Below are positions 57,457-64,000 of a DNA stretch of 64,000 bases, piece after piece. The position numbers and the translations under genes were made by a program. Under the pieces are notes generated by a model that searched no databases, was not told the origin of the DNA, and was given only the letters and a program-made list of their open reading frames with translations. Each line of letters opens with the position of its first letter. Within the stretch, counting starts at the first letter, position 1. Source of the stretch: an uncultured delta proteobacterium (GTDB taxonomy: Bacteria > Myxococcota_A > Polyangia > Polyangiales > Polyangiaceae); assembly GCA_963782055.1 (NCBI GenBank), contig CAWAIF010000003.1:1280001-1344000 (forward strand), written 5' to 3'.

Positions 57457-58617
57457 TCACCCGCGGAAAGCCGCCTCGAAGCCAGCCTCGAGGTCGGCGC
57501 GGAGGTCCGCCTCGTCCTCGATGCCCACCGAGAGGCGGATGAGGCCGTCCCCGATGCCCAGCGCGCGGCGCGCCTCCGCGGGGAGGCTGGCGTGAGTCAT
57601 GATCGCCGGGTGCTCGGCGAGGGACTCCACCCCGCCGAGGCTCTCGGCGCAGGCGAACACCTCCAGCGCGCGCAGGAAGGCGGTGGCCTGCGGGATGCCG
57701 CCGTCGATCTCGAAGCCGATCATCCCGCCGGGGCCCTTCATCTGCTTGCTCGCGAGGGCGTGGCCGGGATGCGAGGGCAGGCCCGGGTAGAGCACCTTCT
57801 TGACGCGGGAGTGGGTGGAGAGCCACGCGGCGATCTTGCTGGCGTTCTGCACGTGTCTCTCCATGCGCACCGAGAGCGTCTTCAGGCCGCGCAGCACGAG
57901 GTAGCAGTCGAACGGGCTCGGGACGCCGCCCACCGACTTCTGCAGGAAGTGGAGCTTCTCGGCGAGCGCCTCGTCGCTCGTCATGACGCACCCACCGACC
58001 ACGTCGGAGTGGCCGTTGAGGTACTTGGTCATGGAGTGCACGGCCATCGTCGCGCCGAGGTCGAGCGGGCGCTGGAGCATCGGCGTGGCGAAGGTGTTGT
58101 CCACGGCGAGGGGGATCTTGGCCTTGCGCGCCACCTCGGCGATGGCGGCGATGTCGAAGACCTTGAGCATCGGGTTGGAGGGGGTCTCCATCCACACCAG
58201 GCGCGTGTTCGGGCGGATGGCCTCGCGGACGCGCGCGGGGTCGGTCATGTCGAGGAACGTCGCCTCCACACCGAACTGCTTCATCACCTTGTCGAAGATG
58301 CGGAAGGTGCCGCCGTACACGTCGTCGCCCACCAGCACGTGATCGCCGGACTGCAGGGTGAGCAGGACGGCGGTGGTCGCCGCGCAGCCGCTCCCGAAGG
58401 CGATGGCGTGCCCGGCGCCCTCCAGCGCGGCGAGGCAGCCCTCCAGCGCGGCGCGCGTGGGGTTGCCGGCGCGGGAGTAGTCGAAGCCCGCCTTGGGGTT
58501 GCCCGGGCCGTCCTGCCAGAAGGTGCTGGAAAGGACGATGGGCGTCATGACGGCGCCGTGGACGGGGTCCGGCTCCTGACCGGCGTGGATGCAGAGGGTG
58601 CTGGGGGCGTGGGGCAT
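57457..58617 (-). CDS. PLP-dependent cystathionine gamma-synthase/gamma-lyase
   Basis: YSRAGNPTR, YGGT, ETPSNP, VDNTFATP, HSMTKYLNGHSD, AESLGGVESL, RLSVGIE. Confidence 0.95.
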   Translation of the reverse strand: MPHAPSTLCIHAGQEPDPVHGAVMTPIVLSSTFWQDGPGNPKAGFDYSRAGNPTRAALEGCLAALEGAGHAIAFGSGCAATTAVLLTLQSGDHVLVGDDVYGGTFRIFDKVMKQFGVEATFLDMTDPARVREAIRPNTRLVWMETPSNPMLKVFDIAAIAEVARKAKIPLAVDNTFATPMLQRPLDLGATMAVHSMTKYLNGHSDVVGGCVMTSDEALAEKLHFLQKSVGGVPSPFDCYLVLRGLKTLSVRMERHVQNASKIAAWLSTHSRVKKVLYPGLPSHPGHALASKQMKGPGGMIGFEIDGGIPQATAFLRALEVFACAESLGGVESLAEHPAIMTHASLPAEARRALGIGDGLIRLSVGIEDEADLRADLEAGFEAAFRG

Positions 58618-58896
58618 GCCCCCGCCCTTATCACGAAGGGGCGGGAGCGAGACCGGCGAAGGTGCCGCCGGGGAAGAATGCGAGCGGGCGCAGCGCGGGA
58701 GATGGGCCCGGCGAGACGATGACCAACTGGAGGGTGAAATCTCCTTCCGTCCATTCGCCGCGCGTACGCGCCGCTCGGGGAGGGGTATCGCAACGGGCGT
58801 GCCGTCGATGCGTGCCAGTGAGATCGCGGGCTTGCGCGTCGCGCGCCCTGTCCTCCCTGTCCCCGCGGGGTGTCCCGGGACAGGGGGTTGGCGCGC

Positions 58897-60033
58897 TCAG
58901 CCGCGCTCCGCCGCGCGCGCCTTCGCCTTGGCGGCGCGCTTGGACACCTTGCGCAGCAGCTCGTCGAGGGTGGCGTAAAGGACCTGGTTGCCCTCCTGCT
59001 GGTGGCGCGCCACGCGCGCGGCGTAGCGGTCGCGCTCTCGCAAGAAGAGGCGCAGGAGCTCCGGCTCGATGCCTCCGGCGCCGAGGCCGTAGCCGAGCTC
59101 CTCCAGGTAGCGGGCGTTCATCACCTGCTCGAACTGGTTTCGCACCGGCACGGTGAAGATGGGCTTGCCGAGGTAGAGCGCCTCGCCGATGAGGGAGAGG
59201 CCGCCGTTGCTGACCACGGCCTGCGCGGTCGCCAGGTCGTGGACGAAGCCCTCCTCGCTGAAGTCCTTGATGACGCAGTTGCCCGCGCGGTCGAGCGCGG
59301 CGTGGGCGCTCTTCTGGTCGTGGCGCTTGAGGCCGTAGACGACGAAGCGGTGCTCGCGCAGGCCGTTGAGCGCCGGGATGAGGCCGGAGTCGCTGGCGGA
59401 GGTCTGGTAGACGAGCACGTGCCCGCCGACGCTCGCGTTCGCCCGCGCCTCCAGGATGGCCTTGCGCAGGATGGGCGGCACCAGCGTGGTGGTGTCGCGG
59501 TACTTCTTGCGGATGGGCGGGTAGAAGAAGGTGGTGATCACGTAGTGATCGCAGCCGGGGAGCTTGGCGCGCACGAAGGCCTTGGTCATCTGGTAGTCGA
59601 CCTTCACGCCCTGCTTGATCGCGTCGTCGTGCTTGCAGCGGCTGATGACCTGCTGGTTGTCGACCGAGACGATGGGGATGCCGTGCCGCTTGGCGAAGAA
59701 GTAGGCGAAGGAGTCGAAGTCGCTGAAGACGACGTCCGGCTCGAAGGCGACCACCTTCTCGTAGTAAGCGCTGACGTTGTCTGCGATGAGGCCGGGCGCC
59801 GCCACCAGGTTGCGCGCGAGCGTGGCGTCGCGGTCCATGCGGTTGTCGACGTAGCGGATGGTGAGGCCCTTGATCTCCACCACGTCGGCGAAGGCGCGCG
59901 ACAAGAAGGAGTGCGCCCGGCCGGAGACGACGATCTTCACCTCGTGCCCGCGCGCCACCAGGTGCTCGCACACGACCTTGCTGCGCGTCGCGTGCCCCAT
60001 CCCTTCGCCCACCACGCCATAGAGGATGCGCAT
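58897..60033 (-). CDS. MJ1255/VC2487-type GT-B glycosyltransferase
   Basis: MRILYGVVGEGMGHATRS, SDFD, NGGLSLIGEALYLGKP, QFEQVMNA. Confidence 0.85.
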   Translation of the reverse strand: MRILYGVVGEGMGHATRSKVVCEHLVARGHEVKIVVSGRAHSFLSRAFADVVEIKGLTIRYVDNRMDRDATLARNLVAAPGLIADNVSAYYEKVVAFEPDVVFSDFDSFAYFFAKRHGIPIVSVDNQQVISRCKHDDAIKQGVKVDYQMTKAFVRAKLPGCDHYVITTFFYPPIRKKYRDTTTLVPPILRKAILEARANASVGGHVLVYQTSASDSGLIPALNGLREHRFVVYGLKRHDQKSAHAALDRAGNCVIKDFSEEGFVHDLATAQAVVSNGGLSLIGEALYLGKPIFTVPVRNQFEQVMNARYLEELGYGLGAGGIEPELLRLFLRERDRYAARVARHQQEGNQVLYATLDELLRKVSKRAAKAKARAAERG

Positions 60034-60061
60034 GCGGCGGAGGATACACCCGCGCGCGCGG

Positions 60062-60436
60062 CTACTCCCGCGGTAGCTTGACGATGGCGTAGACGACCGG
60101 GCCGGCCGCCAGCGCGGTGAGCACGAAGAGCGCCGCCGTCGCCCCGTTCCATTCGGAGGGCGGGCCCACCCGCAGGAGGGAGGCCCCGAGGACCATCGCC
60201 CCGCCGATGGCGTGCTCACGGGTGGGGAGGCGATAGACGAGCACCGCCACCGTCAGGGCGAAGAGCACGCTGGCGATGGCGACGAGGCTCTTCCACGTCC
60301 ACGGCTCGCTCACGGTGGCGAACCACGCGATGAGCGCCGCCGTGGTGGCGAGCGCGAACCCCGCGAGCGCCACGGCCGCGTACATGCCCAGGCGCCGTGG
60401 GTCGGGCGGGTGGGACTGGGCGTCTCGAGGAGGCAT
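60062..60436 (-). CDS. Hypothetical membrane protein (4 TM)
   Basis: Four hydrophobic segments. Confidence 0.6.
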   Translation of the reverse strand: MPPRDAQSHPPDPRRLGMYAAVALAGFALATTAALIAWFATVSEPWTWKSLVAIASVLFALTVAVLVYRLPTREHAIGGAMVLGASLLRVGPPSEWNGATAALFVLTALAAGPVVYAIVKLPRE

Positions 60437-60495
60437 CAGGGGTTGGTCATGACGGTTTTTGTTGCCGTTCGCGACGGTTCCATCATCGTGACGGG

Positions 60496-61845
60496 ATGGC
60501 GGCAGGCTGGTGGCGGTCGGGTGTCCTTCTGGTGGTGGCCATGACGGTAGCTTGCGGCAGCTCCCCCGGGGAGCCCCTCGCGGGAGCGGATGGCGGAACG
60601 GACGGTTCGCCCGGCGAGGGGTCGGCGGGCGACGCGGCCGGCGACGCGGCAGACGACGCCGCGCCGCCCACGCCCATCCCCATCAAGCACGTCGTGATCA
60701 TCGTCAAGGAGAACCACACCTTCGACAACTACTTCGGCTCCTTCCCGGGCGCCGACGGCATCTCGCAGATCAAGACGCAGAACGGCACCATCACCCCGCC
60801 GGAGGCGCCGGACAAGACCCCGCGTGACTTCTGCCACGCCCACTCCTGCGCGCTGGCCGACTGGAACGGCGGCGCCATGGACGGCTGGGACAACACCGCC
60901 GGCACCAGCCAGAACGGCGACAACCTCGCCTACGCGCAGTACCTGGAGAAGGACATCCCCAACTACTGGCAGTACGCCCGCCACTTCGTCCTCGCCGATC
61001 GCTTCTTCGCCAACGTGCTCGGCCCGAGCTTCCCCGGCCACACCTTCGTGCTGGCCGCGCAGGCGGGGTGGTCGTACGGCAACCCCAACACCCAGATCTG
61101 GCACCCGTACTGGGGGTGCGATCAGTCCTCCAGCACCACCGTCGCCATCCAGGACCAGCAGACCTGCACCGAGAAGCAGGTGTTCCCGTGCTTCGACATC
61201 CCCTCGGTGCCCGACGTGCTGCCGCAGGGGGTCGACTGGAAGTTCTACGGGTCGGACTTCTACGTCCTCGGCGAGATCTGGTCGATGTTCGACGGGATCA
61301 AGAGCATCCGCAACGGCCCGGGGTGGAAGCACGTGGTCAACGCGAGCACGTTCGACTCCGACGTCGACGCCGGGAAGCTCCCCGCGGTCACCTGGCTGGT
61401 GAACCAGGACCTGGACGACGAGCACCCCAACATCGGCGGCGTGTGCGCGGGCGAGAACTGGACCGTCGGGCACATCAACAAGATCATGCAGAGCCAGTAC
61501 TGGAAGGACACCGCCATCCTCTTCACGATGGATGACTTCGGCGGCTGGTACGACCACGTGCCGCCCCCGCGGCAGTACGGCTGCGACACCAAGCAGCCCT
61601 ATGGCCTGGGTTTCCGCCTGCCGCTCATCGTCATCTCGCCGTACGCGAAGGAGGGCTTCATCTTCCACGAGGAGTCGGAGCAGGCGAGCATCCCGCGCTT
61701 CATCGAGCGCGTCTTCGGGGCCAAGACGCTCTCGTCGATCGATCCCGCCGCGCAGGACGGCCAGGCCAACGACCTGATGGACGCCTTCGACTTCACCCAG
61801 AAGCCGCTGCCTCCGCTGGTGCTGCAGCCGCGCTCCTGCCCCTGA
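60496..61845 (+). CDS. Phospholipase C/phosphoesterase-family lipoprotein
   Basis: IKHVVIIVKENHTFDNYFG, GPSFP, EHP, DDFGGWYDHVPPP, GFRLPLIVISPY; TVAC lipobox. Confidence 0.9.
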   Translation: MAAGWWRSGVLLVVAMTVACGSSPGEPLAGADGGTDGSPGEGSAGDAAGDAADDAAPPTPIPIKHVVIIVKENHTFDNYFGSFPGADGISQIKTQNGTITPPEAPDKTPRDFCHAHSCALADWNGGAMDGWDNTAGTSQNGDNLAYAQYLEKDIPNYWQYARHFVLADRFFANVLGPSFPGHTFVLAAQAGWSYGNPNTQIWHPYWGCDQSSSTTVAIQDQQTCTEKQVFPCFDIPSVPDVLPQGVDWKFYGSDFYVLGEIWSMFDGIKSIRNGPGWKHVVNASTFDSDVDAGKLPAVTWLVNQDLDDEHPNIGGVCAGENWTVGHINKIMQSQYWKDTAILFTMDDFGGWYDHVPPPRQYGCDTKQPYGLGFRLPLIVISPYAKEGFIFHEESEQASIPRFIERVFGAKTLSSIDPAAQDGQANDLMDAFDFTQKPLPPLVLQPRSCP

Positions 61846-61854
61846 CCGCCCCGT

Positions 61855-62760
61855 TCACGCGTGCAGGCGTCGGCGGTGGGTGCGCCGCGGCGGGCTGTGG
61901 CCGGACATCAGCAGCCACTGCACCACGCGGAAGCGGTGGCCGCGGTACGGCTCGAGCAGCTCCAGCATGCGCGCGTCGGTGCCGCGCTCCTCCCCGGCGA
62001 AGGCCCGCGCGACCATGTGCGCGTGGTGGTAGTCGCCCACCGGCACGGCGTCGGGATCGCCGCCCGCCCACGCCATCACCAGGGCGGTGGTCCACGGGCC
62101 GGTGCCGTGCAGCGACTCCAGCCGCGCGCGCAGCGCCTCGCGATCGTCCACGGCGGCCTGCAGGGCCTCGGCCGCGCGCGCGGCGACGAGCAAGGCGCGG
62201 TGGCGCTTCAGCTCCACCCCCGCGGCGCGCGCCTCGAAGGAGGGCAGCTCGCGCCACTGCTTCGCCGAGAGGGGCAGCCGGAGCGGCCGGGGGCCCGGCG
62301 CGGGATCGCCGTGCCGGGTGGTCAGCCGGCGCCAGGCGTCCGCCGCCTGCACGAACTCCACGCGCTGCTCCAGGATGGCCCTGGCGTGGATCTCCCCGGC
62401 GCACACCGCGCGCGCGAGGCGCACGCCGCGGAGGCGGAGGGCGAGCTCGCGCAGCCACGCGGGCTGCTCGGGACGGAAGGCGGAAGGGTCGTCCTGCATC
62501 CCGGTGAGGGCGGGCGCGCGGGAGACGGCCCAACCTGCGCCGGCGCCCCACGCGCGCACCACCACGCGCGCGGCGAGCGGCTCGTGGCGCAGGTGCACGG
62601 TGACGGGTCCAGCGGGCGTGTGGGCGGCCTTCCAGACCGAGAGGCCTCCCTCGTCCGCCTGCGCCGCCGGATCGCCCACGCCGAAGCGGTGCACCCGCAG
62701 GGTGCGCGCCGCGTCGTACGGGGCCGGGGTCGGGACGGACGTCTGCTCGTCCGGTGTCAC
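61855..62760 (-). CDS. DNA-3-methyladenine glycosylase II (AlkA-like, HhH-GPD)
   Basis: ILEQRV, LHGTGPWT HhH, DAVPVGD, YRGHR. Confidence 0.85.
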   Translation of the reverse strand: MTPDEQTSVPTPAPYDAARTLRVHRFGVGDPAAQADEGGLSVWKAAHTPAGPVTVHLRHEPLAARVVVRAWGAGAGWAVSRAPALTGMQDDPSAFRPEQPAWLRELALRLRGVRLARAVCAGEIHARAILEQRVEFVQAADAWRRLTTRHGDPAPGPRPLRLPLSAKQWRELPSFEARAAGVELKRHRALLVAARAAEALQAAVDDREALRARLESLHGTGPWTTALVMAWAGGDPDAVPVGDYHHAHMVARAFAGEERGTDARMLELLEPYRGHRFRVVQWLLMSGHSPPRRTHRRRLHA

Positions 62761-62764
62761 GTGG

Positions 62765-63490
62765 TCAGCCGCGGATGCGGATGGCGTACGTCAGCTTCGC
62801 CACGCTACGCAGCACGTTGGGCACCCGCTTGAACAGGTTGATGGAGGGCGGGCGCTTCTCGATGATGTGCACCGGGATCTCCTTCGTCTTGACCCCGCCG
62901 CGGTCCGCGCGGATGACGAACTCGCTCGCGAAGACGTCCTTGTCGACCAGGCACGCGCGCACGGTGTCGAGCAGGGCGGTGCGGCGGAAGGCCTTCAGGC
63001 CGTGGGTGTCGGTGCCGCGGAAGCCGAGCATGACGCGCAGCAGGCCGGAGTACGCCATGCTCGCGACGTGACGGAGCATCGGCCGGTCGTCCTCGGCGCC
63101 GCGGGCGAGCTTCGAGCCGATGACCAGATCCGCCTCGCCCGTCTCCAGGATATCCACCGCGCGGCGGTGGAAGTCCACGTCGCAGAGGTCGATCTCGTCG
63201 CAGATGACGATGTCGCCGCGCGCGAGGAGGATCCCCTGCTTGAGCGCCTTGCCGTAGTTGGGCTCGCCCAGGCTGATGACCTTCACCTGGCCGTCGATGG
63301 TGTGCTGGTACTTGGCCGCGAGCTCGTGGGCGATCTCGACGGTGCGGTCCTTGGAGCCGTTCTCCGCCAGGATGACCTCGTACGACCAGCCGAGGGGCTT
63401 GAGCCGCTCCCGCAGGTCCACGACGGCCGCGTGGAGGATCGCCTGCTCGTTGTAGATCGGGATGACGATGGAGATGCGCGGGTCCGCCAT
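62765..63490 (-). CDS. GT2-family glycosyltransferase (polyprenol-phosphate sugar synthase-like)
   Basis: ISIVIPIYNE, NGSKDRT, YGKALKQG, DLVIGSK, TDTHGLKAFRR. Confidence 0.88.
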   Translation of the reverse strand: MADPRISIVIPIYNEQAILHAAVVDLRERLKPLGWSYEVILAENGSKDRTVEIAHELAAKYQHTIDGQVKVISLGEPNYGKALKQGILLARGDIVICDEIDLCDVDFHRRAVDILETGEADLVIGSKLARGAEDDRPMLRHVASMAYSGLLRVMLGFRGTDTHGLKAFRRTALLDTVRACLVDKDVFASEFVIRADRGGVKTKEIPVHIIEKRPPSINLFKRVPNVLRSVAKLTYAIRIRG

Positions 63491-63646
63491 GGGAAGGGCC
63501 GATGAGGGAAGGTCTCCCGTTCCACGGGCCCACTCCGGGCCCCCGGGAGAAAGGCCCCCGTCATAGCCCAAGTGAGGCAGCTTCCCAAACCGAATCGCGG
63601 CGCCCACGCCAGCTCCAACGGGGCGCGGGGCCGGCACGTATCGCGG

Positions 63647-64000
63647 CTCAGGTTGCGCGCCGTTCGGGCCGTCGGCCGGCCTTCGGCCGGACCTCAGGTT
63701 GCGCGCCGTTCGGGCCGTCGGCCGGCCTTCGGCCGGACCTCAGGTCGCGTGCCCTTCGGGCCGTCGGCCGGCCTTCGGCCGGACCTCAGGTCGCGTGCCC
63801 TTCGGGCCGTCGGCCGGCCTTCGGCCGGACCTCAGGTCGCGTGCCCTTCGGGCCGTCGGCCGGCCTTCGGCCGGAGCTCAGGTCGCGCGCCCTTCGGGCC
63901 GTCGGCCGGCCTTCGGCCGGACCTCAGGTTGCGTGCCCTTCGGGCCGTCGGCCGGCCTTCGGCCGGACCTCAGGTTGCGTGCCCTTCGGGCCGTCGGCCG
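63647..64000. repeat. Tandem array of a 46-bp palindrome-rich unit (7 full copies plus 1 partial, running off the window)
   Basis: Unit CTCAGGTYGCGYGCCSTTCGGGCCGTCGGCCGGCCTTCGGCCGGAS starting at 63647, 63693, 63739, 63785, 63831, 63877, 63923, 63969; no spacers. Confidence 0.97.

Noticed and set aside
58618..58896. SAM riboswitch upstream of the trans-sulfuration gene
   Set aside because: No SAM-I/II/IV consensus elements visible on the minus strand
63647..64000. CRISPR array
   Set aside because: Units are head-to-tail with no unique spacers, and no cas gene is present in the window

Overview
Very GC-rich bacterial chromosomal segment, most likely from a myxobacterium (Myxococcota, Polyangiales/Sorangiineae-like). 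This is inferred from an MXAN_5808-type S41 peptidase, a Ser/Thr kinase-TPR/PEGA-lipoprotein module, many Cys-rich lipoproteins and a CarD/CdnL paralogue. About 58 CDSs are supportable. The housekeeping backbone includes MaoC hydratase, thiolase, pdxJ-acpS-nnr, pduO, tyrS, ihfB, phoH, yajC-secD-secF, mlaF-mlaD, a trans-sulfuration enzyme, alkA and glycosyltransferases. I saw no rRNA, tRNA, CRISPR array, transposase or integrase. The most striking feature is a compact stand-alone four-gene cassette (15184-17755). It encodes a small coiled-coil protein, a Bsp22/EspA-like tip/filament protein and SctE- and SctB-like translocators, with no injectisome, needle or chaperone gene nearby. It lies two genes from an ECF sigma factor that has a sigma54-type promoter and an IHF-like site. 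Other notable signals: (1) a (GCAGG)n/G6 repeat that puts the RBS-linked ATG and signal peptide of a 1055-aa propeller lipoprotein one base out of frame; (2) a shared GATAG-N7-CTATC palindrome upstream of two tandem Gly-rich lipoprotein paralogues; (3) a CarD with an N-terminal histone-like tail; (4) a canonical plus degenerate histidine kinase pair; (5) a 46-bp hairpin-rich tandem array running off the right end. All product calls come from motif recognition by eye, not database searches. Several start codons were re-chosen from the ORF track and are uncertain.
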